A stretch of 64,000 nucleotides of DNA. Origin: a virus. Lineage: Duplodnaviria; Caudoviricetes. Below are positions 43,285 to 52,960 of this stretch, piece after piece. The stretch is taken from IMG/VR virus record IMGVR_UViG_3300044842_000325, positions 1 through 64,000 of that record. One strand, 5' to 3'. The notes beneath the pieces are model-generated. The model saw only the letters and a list, made by a program, of their open reading frames with translations, did no database searches and was not told the origin of the DNA. Positions within the stretch are counted from its first letter, which is position 1, and each line of letters starts with the position of its first letter. The translations under genes were made by a program, and so were the position numbers.

Positions 43285-44598
43285 TTAGAGCAGCACCGAC
43301 AGCTCAGCAGCACGGACGAACAGCGGGTTGTTACCGAGTTGTTCGAGCTGTTGTTGCAGGAGTTTGGTTTTGCGGTAACGACGATACACCGGGATGATCG
43401 TGGTGGCGATGTATTCACGCCATTCACGCTTGTCTTCGATGTGGCCGATGGCTTTCTCGATGGCTTCGAGATCCGCCAGGATACGTTTCTTTTCCGTGGC
43501 CGAAATGCTACGGTTCTTCAGACGGGCCAGCGTGTCCATCTTGATGCGACGGAAACGCACTTCCGGGGTGTCGTAGGTGTTGTCACCATCGTCACCGAAG
43601 CCACCGACCAGGATACCGATGATGTTCAGCGGAATCGTGAAGAAGCACACCGGCGGGATAAACATCAGTGCGATCGACAGGATCTGGGTGAACATGAACA
43701 GGGGCGTGCTCATCTCAGCATTGCTGCCGCCGAAGAGGCCGTGGATCTTTTGCAGAGCCGTGGTCAGGTGCAGGCCCGCGCCATGGCGCGAAGCGAACTG
43801 GTCAGCGAGTTGCTCGGAGGCCGTCGAATCGTAGATCGAGATACCCAGTTCCGAACGCGACTTCTCGGTCACCTCGGTAACGATTGCCGTTTCCAGGATC
43901 GCGCGTTTGTCGATCTTCGACAGAGCTTCGACATCGACGTCTTTGAGCTTGAGTTCGTCCACAGTGCGGGCGATGATGACTTGGCGTTTGCCGATGTCGT
44001 AATTGCCGTCGAGTTCTTTGACCATTGCAGCCAGCGCTTGGTTGGTCGACACCGTGCGGTTGAACATTTCGCAGTACGTGAAGAAGTGACCGATCTCGTG
44101 CAGCGTCACTGCCGCCATCTCTTCCGAGGTGAGCTGGTATTGCTTCGGCACTGCCCAGCCATCGTGCGAACGACCGTCGCGCTTGAGCATGATCGACGGC
44201 AGGTAGATGGTGGCCGGCAGTTCCGAGAACAGGCCCGACAGACGCGCGGTATTGATGTCGACACCCGCCTTGACCCCGCCTGAACCACCGACGAAGCGAC
44301 GGGTGAAGTTCATCTGTGCCGCGAAGAACTCGCGGTATTCGTTGCGGATCAGGACGTTGTTGTGGTATTCGTCGAAGATACGGATGCACGGCCATTCGTC
44401 GCCGAACACCACCGAGATGTTGGCGTTGAAGCTGTTCTTGATGATAGCTTCGATAAGCTGTTCGTTCTTGCGCTGCTGTTCATCGAAAGCGTTGCCGCCT
44501 TGGAACATGATGTCACGAAACGCCAGCTCCAGTTCTTTGAAGGTTTTGGTGTCCTGATAATTGATCGCCTCGGTAGAGAGCAGGGGCATGCGTCGCAT
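43285..44598 (-). CDS. Virion head protein with Zn-metallopeptidase motif and transmembrane hairpin (phiKZ gp84-like)
   Basis: EEMAAVTLHEIGH ... SEQLADQFA.R.G (M48-like); hydrophobic LFMFTQILSIALMFIPPVCFFTIPLNIIGILV; N-terminal LSTE site; RBS before ATG 44598. Confidence 0.65.
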   Translation of the reverse strand: MRRMPLLSTEAINYQDTKTFKELELAFRDIMFQGGNAFDEQQRKNEQLIEAIIKNSFNANISVVFGDEWPCIRIFDEYHNNVLIRNEYREFFAAQMNFTRRFVGGSGGVKAGVDINTARLSGLFSELPATIYLPSIMLKRDGRSHDGWAVPKQYQLTSEEMAAVTLHEIGHFFTYCEMFNRTVSTNQALAAMVKELDGNYDIGKRQVIIARTVDELKLKDVDVEALSKIDKRAILETAIVTEVTEKSRSELGISIYDSTASEQLADQFASRHGAGLHLTTALQKIHGLFGGSNAEMSTPLFMFTQILSIALMFIPPVCFFTIPLNIIGILVGGFGDDGDNTYDTPEVRFRRIKMDTLARLKNRSISATEKKRILADLEAIEKAIGHIEDKREWREYIATTIIPVYRRYRKTKLLQQQLEQLGNNPLFVRAAELSVLL

Positions 44599-44774
44599 GG
44601 TGGTGTCCTTGTTAACCAGGGGGTATGAGATAAAAATAACAGGGCTGACTATCATCTGGTTCAGCATGATAGGTTCAATAATTTAACCCTGTTATCAGGG
44701 AAGTCATATCAATATCGATCCTTCCGTGATCGGTCCTGTTGCACTCGATTAACATAGAAGAACTTAAAAAGCGT

Positions 44775-46574
44775 ATGTCACAAAAGAAACCTCGGCAGTT
44801 TAGTAACGAAGACATCGTCGGTCACGAATGTCGTCACGTTACTTACTGTCCGCCTCCGGAGCCTGGCATGCCAGACCTCCACTTGATCAAACGCGTGACC
44901 CACGTTAAGCAAGGCGACAAAGTCGTTCAGTTCCCCAACGTGGTGGCTAAGAAAGATTTCGAAAGGAAGTTCTGGATCGAGAAGCCGGGTCGGCAAAATC
45001 ACCGCGAGAAACGCGAGTTTGCCGAGATGGATGACTTGATCGAAGTGGTGTGCACTGAAGCGCAGCTGAAGGACAAGGTGCGCAATAAGCTGATCGAGCT
45101 GACGGAGAAAGCACGTACGCGTTTCGGCTTACCGTTCCCAGGTAAAAATGACAGTTTGCGTAAGTTGTCCCGCAGCCCTTACCTGTACGGCACCGACGTC
45201 TCGTCCACGACGCTGCTCAAAAAGATGTACATGGACATGTTTCCGAATCTGCGCTCGCCCTCCACGGTGGCGTGTACCGACACGGAAACAAACATGTTCT
45301 CAAAAGAACAAGAGATCATCATGCAGACGATCTCCATGAAGGATAAAGTCTTCACGGCGATCAAACGCAGTTTCTTCGGCAACCACACCAACATCGAAGA
45401 GCGCTTGCACGAATGCTTCAATTACCACTTAGGAGACGTGGTGAAAGAGCGTGGGATCAACTGGGAGATCAAGCTGGTTGATACCGCCGGGCAGGTGGTG
45501 ACCGCGGTGATGGAGAAAGCCCACGAGTGGGGTCCGGACTTCTTGGCCATCTGGAACATCAAGTTCGACATGGTGAAAATGCTCGAAGCGCTGGAAAAGG
45601 ATCGTCTCGATCCCGCCAAGGTATTTTCGCATCCTACTCTGCCTGATGCTTACAAGCATTTCAACTTCAAGATCGGCCCTTCCTCGAAAGAAACCGCTTC
45701 CGGGGTGCACAAACCACTGGGCTTTCACGAACAGTGGCACGTCGTTACCACACCAGCATCGTTCTACTTTATCGATGCGATGTGCGCGTACCGGCAGATC
45801 CGTCAAGGTCAGCAAGAAGAACCCAGCTACAAGCTCGATGCGTTGATGGACAAACACATCAAGCGGGGTAAACTCAAGTTCACGGAAGCCGATGGTTTCG
45901 TTGAAGGCGAGTGGCACCGTTTCATGCAGGAGTTCTACAAGTTCGAATACGTGATTTATAACGTGTTTGACTGCGTGGGTATGGAAATGTTGGATGAGAA
46001 GACGGGTGACTTGAACCTGAACTTCCCGCTGTACTCGGGTCCGTCCGACTACGCGATCTTCCCGTCCCAACCGAAGAAGCTATGCAACAAATTCTTCTTT
46101 GACTTGCTCTCGCAGAATCGGGTATTGGCCTCGACGTCTGATACCATGCGTGACGCCAATGACGACCGAACCGTGATCGGTAAAGGTTGGATTACCATGT
46201 TGCCCGCACACCTGTGTATGGACAACGGGCTGAAGTGTTTGGAGGAGATGCGCAATCTGCCTTCTAACATTCGTATCGGCGTGGGTGACTTGGACATCGC
46301 AGGTACCTATCCGAACGAAGGTATTTGCATGAACATCAGCAAATACACAACACACCGTGAACTGCTATACATCGAAGGTATTCCCGATCACTTGCGTAGG
46401 CGGATTGGTTTCAATCTGGCAGGTGGCCATGTCAATGCCTTGGAAGTGGGACATGACCTCTTCAAGATCCCGACGTTGGATCAAATGTACGCGTCGTATC
46501 TACGTCAACAAATGCAACAGTCCTCCGGACAATCGCATCAAATGCTGACTTCATACCAGCAACTTGCCGCATAG
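44775..46574 (+). CDS. Split family-B DNA polymerase, N-terminal 3'-5' exonuclease subunit (phiKZ gp82-like)
   Basis: ExoI DTET, ExoII WNIKFD, ExoIII YNVFD; PolB motif A DLDIAGTYP near the C-terminus. Confidence 0.8.
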   Translation: MSQKKPRQFSNEDIVGHECRHVTYCPPPEPGMPDLHLIKRVTHVKQGDKVVQFPNVVAKKDFERKFWIEKPGRQNHREKREFAEMDDLIEVVCTEAQLKDKVRNKLIELTEKARTRFGLPFPGKNDSLRKLSRSPYLYGTDVSSTTLLKKMYMDMFPNLRSPSTVACTDTETNMFSKEQEIIMQTISMKDKVFTAIKRSFFGNHTNIEERLHECFNYHLGDVVKERGINWEIKLVDTAGQVVTAVMEKAHEWGPDFLAIWNIKFDMVKMLEALEKDRLDPAKVFSHPTLPDAYKHFNFKIGPSSKETASGVHKPLGFHEQWHVVTTPASFYFIDAMCAYRQIRQGQQEEPSYKLDALMDKHIKRGKLKFTEADGFVEGEWHRFMQEFYKFEYVIYNVFDCVGMEMLDEKTGDLNLNFPLYSGPSDYAIFPSQPKKLCNKFFFDLLSQNRVLASTSDTMRDANDDRTVIGKGWITMLPAHLCMDNGLKCLEEMRNLPSNIRIGVGDLDIAGTYPNEGICMNISKYTTHRELLYIEGIPDHLRRRIGFNLAGGHVNALEVGHDLFKIPTLDQMYASYLRQQMQQSSGQSHQMLTSYQQLAA

Positions 46575-46582
46575 ACGGCATG

Positions 46583-46612
46583 CCTCCCTCCACCCCTGCG
46601 GGTGGAGGGAGG
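46583..46612. terminator. Bidirectional hairpin
   Basis: CCTCCCTCCACCC-CTGC-GGGTGGAGGGAGG between convergent genes. Confidence 0.75.
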
Positions 46613-46629
46613 TGCACTTATGACGTCGA

Positions 46630-47388
46630 TTAAACGTTGAAGTAGTTCAGCACGCGTTGACGTGCGTCTTCGCGGATCGGGGCACGATGGAACGTCTGCG
46701 CCAGGTTGACTTGACGCAGGGCGATCTGGCGGCTGGCCGGGTCAGCCAAGGCGGTCAGGGTCGACAGCAGATGACGGAAGTGTGCGACACGTTGCGACGG
46801 CATGGTCACGTGCGGCGTGTAGCGGTGCATGTTCTCGTCGCTGAAGGCGCCCTTCAGGTTGTCGCGGATCAGCTTCATGGTCAGGCCGAACACGGCGTCG
46901 AAGTCTTCGGCTTTCGAGTTGATGGCTTGCACCAGCGTGTGGTACAGGTTCATCTGCATCTGGCCGCCTTCTTCGACCGGCATGCGTACGCGCGCCGACA
47001 TCTTCTCGATGTAGTGCTTGAGTTCCTCGATCACGAGACGCGAGGAAGGCGAGCAGGACAGCGGCAGCTGGTCGACGTCGTCCAAGGTGGCCGGGGGCAG
47101 GACACGACCCGCCGGGATCACGACCGGTTCTTGCGGGGCGGCGGCCGGTGCCGGTTCCTCGACCGGCTGTTCTTCGCCGGCGCTGTCCTTCTCGGCGCCT
47201 TCGTCCATGGGTTGGAGCAGGCCGGCGGCTTGGTCGGCGGTCACATTCAGGACGATGGTGTCCGCACTCGGCTGAGCATCGCCATCGACCGGGGTGACGA
47301 TATCGTTCTTTTGGTCGGTGTTTTGGGTGTTGTCCACGGTGGACTCCTTCTTGACTGGTTTTTGGAAACTGCTACGGTTCTTGCCCAT
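46630..47388 (-). CDS. Conserved hypothetical protein (acidic disordered N-terminus, helical C-terminus)
   Basis: GGAG RBS; biased codon usage; downstream of the vRNAP subunit gene. Confidence 0.6.
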   Translation of the reverse strand: MGKNRSSFQKPVKKESTVDNTQNTDQKNDIVTPVDGDAQPSADTIVLNVTADQAAGLLQPMDEGAEKDSAGEEQPVEEPAPAAAPQEPVVIPAGRVLPPATLDDVDQLPLSCSPSSRLVIEELKHYIEKMSARVRMPVEEGGQMQMNLYHTLVQAINSKAEDFDAVFGLTMKLIRDNLKGAFSDENMHRYTPHVTMPSQRVAHFRHLLSTLTALADPASRQIALRQVNLAQTFHRAPIREDARQRVLNYFNV

Positions 47389-47413
47389 ACATTACTCCGA
47401 ATTGTGAAAGTGA

Positions 47414-48754
47414 TCAGTGGATACGCAATTTGTAGTCGTACTTTTGCAGCAGCAGTGCCTTACCGTGGTTCGCCTTCATGAACATCAGCATGATAGTGGA
47501 ACCAAAGTCGGAAATGGCCGACGACGACCCGGTGGGGTTTTCTTCCAAACGCGGACCCACACAAGTTGCACAGTAGTCCGTATGCGAATAGATGCAATAC
47601 ATAGGAGAACGCATCAAAAGCTTCTTACCCATGTATTGATCGATGACCTCTTCGGTCAGACGCACGGTGTTACCGGAACTGACGATGGCACTGAAGTTCA
47701 GGTACTTATTACGCAGCTCAGGGGTCAGGACGAGTTCTTTACCCATCTTGGTACCGCAGTCGCCCGGCAGGATGTTGATGTTGGACGACGCGCGTTGCTG
47801 CCATTTCACGGCTTCACCACCGCGCATGGTTTCAGCGCCACGGTTAAACGAACCCGCACGCAGGTTGTTGACCATCGCTGGCAACTTGTCAACGTCCCAG
47901 CCTTCTTCCAGCGAGTTGGGGATGAGTTCCATGTCTTGGCCATCACCCAGACCCGCTTCTGCGCCGACCATCAAGAACTTCTTGGCACGTACCACATCGA
48001 ACGACTTGGACTTGATCAGGAAGTTCAGCGTGTCATCGCCCTTGAGCCACTCTTTGTCCAGATCGCGCAGTTCTTTGGCAATCTGGGCCACCACACCCGG
48101 ATCGATGTTTGGGTTGTTGGGGTCGATGTTGTACTTCTTAAAGAGCTGCGCCTTGAACTCTTTCAAGCCCGGCGGTGGGAGCAGGGATTTCTCAGTACCA
48201 CCCGTGACCCACAAATTCGCAAAGCCCGAGATGTATGTCATGGCATCGGCGAACTTCAGGTATTCCTTCACGTAGATCGGTGACACGGACGGCATCGAGC
48301 GTGCCATTGGCGCGGGTTGACCCGGCACCGGATCATCTTGCAAGCGTGGCAAGATCATGTTCTCCAGCTTTTCCGGTTGCATCCGACCCAACACGAACGG
48401 GATTTTGTTCTTGAATGGATACACCAACAAAATCCCATTGGCCAGCACATTACCGTAACTGGTTTCCACTTCTTCCAACACGTTGGGCAGATCACCCGCT
48501 TTGAGCGAGATCTTGTCCGCTTTGTTAAACGGCGGTTGACCGACTTGGGCGTCTTCCAGTGGCAGCAGCTGGCCTGGGTTCTCCGGATCGACGAAGAAAA
48601 TACCCGTCGGCTGTTGGACGATGCGGTAGGCATACGGGTCAGCCTTGTAAGCATCCGGCCCTTCTTGAGTGACAGCAAACGCGCTGATCACCCAGTTCTT
48701 ATGCCGATACATTTCGGCTCGCATCGCCGCGAGGAAATAGTCTTGACGTTTCAT
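47414..48754 (-). CDS. Virion RNA polymerase beta' subunit fragment (phiKZ gp80-like)
   Basis: SL.EGW...RAGSF.RG.ET..GG (bridge-helix region), DCGT, RSPMYC...YCATCVG Zn site, C-terminal FMKANHG. Confidence 0.85.
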   Translation of the reverse strand: MKRQDYFLAAMRAEMYRHKNWVISAFAVTQEGPDAYKADPYAYRIVQQPTGIFFVDPENPGQLLPLEDAQVGQPPFNKADKISLKAGDLPNVLEEVETSYGNVLANGILLVYPFKNKIPFVLGRMQPEKLENMILPRLQDDPVPGQPAPMARSMPSVSPIYVKEYLKFADAMTYISGFANLWVTGGTEKSLLPPPGLKEFKAQLFKKYNIDPNNPNIDPGVVAQIAKELRDLDKEWLKGDDTLNFLIKSKSFDVVRAKKFLMVGAEAGLGDGQDMELIPNSLEEGWDVDKLPAMVNNLRAGSFNRGAETMRGGEAVKWQQRASSNINILPGDCGTKMGKELVLTPELRNKYLNFSAIVSSGNTVRLTEEVIDQYMGKKLLMRSPMYCIYSHTDYCATCVGPRLEENPTGSSSAISDFGSTIMLMFMKANHGKALLLQKYDYKLRIH

Positions 48755-49587
48755 TTGGCATATCCCGACATGAGTTGGCGCACTTCGATCATGGTTTCCG
48801 AGATCAGTTTCAGATCCGGGATGAATTGCTCCAGACTGGCTTTGACTGTCTCGCCTGGATTACCGTAACCGTCGCTGGAGATCAACGCGGCCGCGAACAG
48901 CTCCCGAGCGATTTGGTAGCCGGGCATCGTGAGGATGGGTTGCATCCCGTCGATCAGCTTCGCGTACAGCTCGTACGTCATCCCAGGCTGCACGCCTTTA
49001 CTCAGCATGGCAGGCACTTGTACAATCGTCGCGCCAATGGCTTGCAGATAGATATCGAACAAGCGATACGCATGGATGCGCTCACGACGCTCATGCAGCT
49101 CATCGTCGTCTTGTTCCAACTCCGCTTGATTGATCGACTTCAGCCGCACGAAGAACATCTCGGAGACGTCATCGATGACTTGCATGAGTTGGTCGGTGGT
49201 CCACGTCATCACTCGTGATAGCGTTTCTGCGAGCTTTTCGTTGGCACGCATTTCCTCATCAGCGATCTTGAAAAACTGCTGCGGGTTTTCCGTGTTATCG
49301 ATGGTCAGCAAACCTTGCACAACTTCCGCTTTCTGCTTCAGCGTCACGTCCTCAACCAACTTGACCGCGTGCAAGTCGAGCAGATAATTCAGTCCTTGGT
49401 GATAGGTATTACGGATTTCTTGGATGGGCAGGCCGGAATCCATCTCTTCGGCTGTCATCAAGATTTCTTCCACGATGTGCTCGTAATCAAGCTGCGCTTG
49501 CTGCAAAACAGCATCCGCCGCCCTGATTACCGCTTTCTCTTCCACCGTGGTGTGGATATCGAGAAAGTCGCTTAACAAGTCTAGCAT
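48751..49587 (-). CDS. Conserved hypothetical protein (phiKZ gp79-like)
   Basis: ATGA overlap with the vRNAP subunit gene. Confidence 0.6.
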   Translation of the reverse strand: MLDLLSDFLDIHTTVEEKAVIRAADAVLQQAQLDYEHIVEEILMTAEEMDSGLPIQEIRNTYHQGLNYLLDLHAVKLVEDVTLKQKAEVVQGLLTIDNTENPQQFFKIADEEMRANEKLAETLSRVMTWTTDQLMQVIDDVSEMFFVRLKSINQAELEQDDDELHERRERIHAYRLFDIYLQAIGATIVQVPAMLSKGVQPGMTYELYAKLIDGMQPILTMPGYQIARELFAAALISSDGYGNPGETVKASLEQFIPDLKLISETMIEVRQLMSGYAK

Positions 49588-49810
49588 ATTGGGTCACCCT
49601 AAAATGGGAAGAGGGAAAGCTTGGGGTCAAATGATGGGGAATGTATTCCCATTCTTTGACGCTTTGTCGTTGTATTCAAAGCAATTTTTGATATTGTAAA
49701 AAAATATCTATTCAGTGCCATGCTTTGACAGTTGCCTTAAATCAAGGCTTTTATAGAGACAACGTCTCTCGTGGCAGTTATTAAAAATTGAAGCATTCGG
49801 AGTTAGGGAT

Positions 49811-50404
49811 ATGACCAAGAAAAGTCAAGCGCGTCTGCAACGTGACGCCACCAATAAGCAGGCCCAGAGCCAAGGCATCGAAGGGGTGTATGACAATTTG
49901 AACTTTATGTTCGAAAAGCAATGGGGTCTGTTCGAGCAATATCGCAAGATGATCGAGATCATCACGCACGAAGCGGTGGCGCCGTTCCTGAAAGACCAAG
50001 CGACCGTCGACGTGCTCCTGAAGGGCTTCGATGCCGACATCGGCCAGCTGCTCGACAAGACGAAAGCCACCTATGCCCTGCACCGTGGCAAGACCGGCTT
50101 CCAGAAGCCGGACGACGAAGACGAACACTTCCTCACCATGCAGCTGCAACAGGACTACATGGTTTACATGGGCGTGCACCAGCAAGTCCTGATTCCGGTC
50201 ATGATGGAACTGGACGAGCACATGCGCGGGGCGCTGACCGAACGCAAGCGTCTGGAAGACCAAGCCGCCGCGGCAGCTGCCGCCCTGGACAGCCAACCGC
50301 TGGTGCAAGTGCCGGCTGAAAGCGAAATCGGGGTCGAAGCAAACACCGCCCCGGCAGTGGCCACCGCCGCATCGTACGAACAACCGGCCCTCGACGCCCA
50401 ATAA
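49811..50404 (+). CDS. Hypothetical helical protein
   Basis: RBS present; strongly biased codon usage; first gene of the plus-strand operon. Confidence 0.6.
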   Translation: MTKKSQARLQRDATNKQAQSQGIEGVYDNLNFMFEKQWGLFEQYRKMIEIITHEAVAPFLKDQATVDVLLKGFDADIGQLLDKTKATYALHRGKTGFQKPDDEDEHFLTMQLQQDYMVYMGVHQQVLIPVMMELDEHMRGALTERKRLEDQAAAAAAALDSQPLVQVPAESEIGVEANTAPAVATAASYEQPALDAQ

Positions 50405-50407
50405 GCC

Positions 50408-51994
50408 ATGAGCGACATCGAAAACAACCAGCCGATCGGCATCGAGCAAATCGACGAGACCATCGGTCAACAATCCGCCCTCGAACCTGCCGCAGCAGTC
50501 GACACCAATCCCGACCCTGCCCCGACCGCGGCTGCTGAGCCGGCGCCCGTCGCCGAAGAACAGCCGGACGAGCCGTCGTTCGACTGGCCGGCACCGCTTC
50601 CGGTGAACAACGCCACCACGGATGTGGAATACTTCACGCCGATTGGCGACAAGTGGGACGACCTGTCGGCGATCATCGAGATCCCACCCGATACCGCTGC
50701 CCGTACGCTCAACTACGGGGCCAACAACCCACACGCCAAAGACCAGATCGACACCCCCGAAGGGGAGAAGTGGGCGGATGTGGTCTCGCGTGGCCTGGAC
50801 CATGGTTCGTTCCATGACAGCATGCTGGGTGCGGCCAAACGCGATGGTGCGAACTGGCGCCAACGGCCGGCTGCTGAAGGTGGCAAACCCCTGACCTATG
50901 GCGTGCCGCGTCTGGGTCAAGACGATGGTCCCCTGCTGACCGGTGAACGCGCCATGTTGCGTACGATGGCCCTGATGGGGCGTGGTTCGATCCTGCAAAT
51001 CCCGCTGTGGCATTCGGGCTTCTGGATGACCATCAAGAACCCGGGTGAAGTCGACCTGCTCGACACCCTGCAAACCATCGTCGACAACAAGATCAGCTTC
51101 GGCCGCGCGACCAACGGTCTGGCATTTGCCAACCACGTGGTGGTGAACCAAGGCGCCGTCATCGATCTCGCGATGCGTAACCTGTACGAGACTTCGGTCA
51201 AGGGGTTCACGACAGTCGAAAAGATCCGTGGCAGCATCTGCGCGCTGGACATCCCGATGATCGCCTGGGGCTTGGCCTGCGTGATGTACCCGCGTGGTTT
51301 CCAATTCGAACGCGCTCTGCTCGACGCCAAAGGTGTCAAGACCAAGGTCGTGCGTGAACTGCTCAACGTGGCGGCCTGTTTGCGTGTCGATACCAGCAGC
51401 CTCGACGAATGGCAGCTCAAGCACATGAGCCAGCGCGTCACCGGTTCGATGGGTGAAGAAACGGTCAAGCTGTACCGTGAGCGCTTCCTGCGCGGCAAAC
51501 CGCAATCGATTCAGCTCGACGATTCGATCGGTATCACGATGCGCGTGCCTTCGGTCGACGAGTACCTGATCGCCGGTCAAACCTGGGTGGACGAACTGGC
51601 GGCCATCGTCAACGAAGCTTTCACCCAAGACATGTCGGAACAGAAGCGCACCGAGATGATCATCGACCGCGCCAAGGCCACGTCGATGCGTCAGTATGTG
51701 CACTGGATCAAGTCGATCGATCACCCGAACGATCAGCGTATCGAAGATCGCCCGACCATCGAAAACACGATCTCGAACATGTCGGCGGACGACGTCGTAC
51801 GCGGCAAGTATTACGAGGCGGTGCAAGCCTACATCAACGATTCGGTGATCGCACTCATCGGCGTGCCGCAGGTGCATCCGGAAGAAGCCGAGCAAGTCAA
51901 ACCGCGGTTCGAGAACATCATCCCGCTCGACCCGGTTTCGGTTTTTTCCAGCCTCCTTTACCAAAAGACCCAACAAATCCGTCAGCGTCCGTAG
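50408..51994 (+). CDS. Conserved phiKZ gp77-like protein; candidate tail/baseplate assembly chaperone ('G' part)
   Basis: QIPLWHSGFWMTIK.P, WGLACVMYP.GF; T6 slippery run near the 3' end. Confidence 0.6.
   Translation: MSDIENNQPIGIEQIDETIGQQSALEPAAAVDTNPDPAPTAAAEPAPVAEEQPDEPSFDWPAPLPVNNATTDVEYFTPIGDKWDDLSAIIEIPPDTAARTLNYGANNPHAKDQIDTPEGEKWADVVSRGLDHGSFHDSMLGAAKRDGANWRQRPAAEGGKPLTYGVPRLGQDDGPLLTGERAMLRTMALMGRGSILQIPLWHSGFWMTIKNPGEVDLLDTLQTIVDNKISFGRATNGLAFANHVVVNQGAVIDLAMRNLYETSVKGFTTVEKIRGSICALDIPMIAWGLACVMYPRGFQFERALLDAKGVKTKVVRELLNVAACLRVDTSSLDEWQLKHMSQRVTGSMGEETVKLYRERFLRGKPQSIQLDDSIGITMRVPSVDEYLIAGQTWVDELAAIVNEAFTQDMSEQKRTEMIIDRAKATSMRQYVHWIKSIDHPNDQRIEDRPTIENTISNMSADDVVRGKYYEAVQAYINDSVIALIGVPQVHPEEAEQVKPRFENIIPLDPVSVFSSLLYQKTQQIRQRP
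51940..51948 (+). promoter_or_regulatory. Candidate -1 programmed ribosomal frameshift site G_GTT_TTT_TC
   Basis: Six T residues (51942-51947); the -1 frame is open without stops from here through 52452. Confidence 0.55.
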
Positions 51995-52020
51995 ACGTCA
52001 TCAGTCACGTCGCCCACCCG

Positions 52021-52452
52021 ATGTTCGGAGCCGAGTTCTTAGAGGAACCGTCTCGGGTGGTCGAATTCTTTGTCGAAACGATTCGTCCCTATCTTTCGCA
52101 CAAAGGCAAACTGAGTTCGGTTGAAGCTTCGTTGCTGCTCCATAAAGCTTACCTGTTGCGCTATAACCTCGCCACCAAGACTGAGTTGAACCATAACCCA
52201 GCCTCGTTGGTGAAGATGCGGCCAGCAGAAGACGGTTACGTCGGTACGCTGATGGAGGAGCACTTTGAACATTTCGTGGACTTAGAAATTTATCAGTTCA
52301 TGAAATGGAATGAGTACATTCAGTTACCCCGACACGAGATCGCCATGATCCGACGGGTGGCAGAGAAGCGGCTTCGGCGTAAGAACGCAGTGGATGACAA
52401 AAGCGTACAACAAGCTGAAGACATGATGCGGGGCTTGGGAATAGGGAGATAA
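52021..52452 (+). CDS. Conserved small protein, probably the C-terminal ('T') part of a frameshift fusion
   Basis: In the -1 frame relative to 50408; no Shine-Dalgarno before ATG 52021; WNEYIQLPRHEI..I resembles chaperone T segments. Confidence 0.55.
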   Translation: MFGAEFLEEPSRVVEFFVETIRPYLSHKGKLSSVEASLLLHKAYLLRYNLATKTELNHNPASLVKMRPAEDGYVGTLMEEHFEHFVDLEIYQFMKWNEYIQLPRHEIAMIRRVAEKRLRRKNAVDDKSVQQAEDMMRGLGIGR

Positions 52453-52454
52453 CC

Positions 52455-52898
52455 ATGGGTATCCGGTATGTTGAGCGTGGAAACATTTTCCACAGCACCG
52501 CGCAAGTGTGGGTGTGTCCCACCAACGCTGGCGGGGTGATGGGAAATGGTTTGGCCCGGGCATTCCGTGACCGAGTGCCGGATCTTTTCCACGCGTATCG
52601 GCGACACTGCTCTAAGCATTTGCCGAAGCTCATGGTACCTTTCGTATTCGAAGCTGAAAAATGTATCGTGTATTGTTTACACACCAAGCGCAAGTGGTGG
52701 GAAGATTCTTCCACAGCGATTGTGCGTGATGGCTTACTCAAGCTGATTGCGTGGTGTCAACAAGAAAAGATCGAGTCGGTGGCGATACCGGCGTTGGGTT
52801 GTGGTAAAGGAGGACTTGAGTTTTATCGGGATGTCAAACCGATCATTCACGAACTCCTGAAAGAGTCGAACATGGACGTAACTGTTTATTGCCCGTGA
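52455..52898 (+). CDS. Stand-alone DarG/TARG1-like macrodomain (ADP-ribosyl glycohydrolase)
   Basis: GNIF...VCPTNAGGVMGNGLA..F, LHTK..W (position of the DarG catalytic Lys), SVAIPALGCGKGGL. Confidence 0.85.
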   Translation: MGIRYVERGNIFHSTAQVWVCPTNAGGVMGNGLARAFRDRVPDLFHAYRRHCSKHLPKLMVPFVFEAEKCIVYCLHTKRKWWEDSSTAIVRDGLLKLIAWCQQEKIESVAIPALGCGKGGLEFYRDVKPIIHELLKESNMDVTVYCP

Positions 52899-52924
52899 AA
52901 CAAAAAAAGAAATAGCGCATACGG

Positions 52925-52952
52925 CCTCCCTACCCCGCAAAGGGTAGGGAGG
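52925..52952. terminator. Bidirectional hairpin
   Basis: CCTCCCTACCC..GGGTAGGGAGG with GCATA/TTATGCC flanks. Confidence 0.7.
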
Positions 52953-52960
52953 TTATGCCG

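Noticed and set aside
44775-46574. DNA polymerase as a truncated pseudogene (ends shortly after motif A)
   Set aside because: phiKZ-like phages naturally encode PolB as two separate genes, and the exonuclease motifs are intact
49781-51976. 731-aa minus-strand ORF
   Set aside because: Antisense shadow of two plus-strand genes that have plausible starts and protein-like composition
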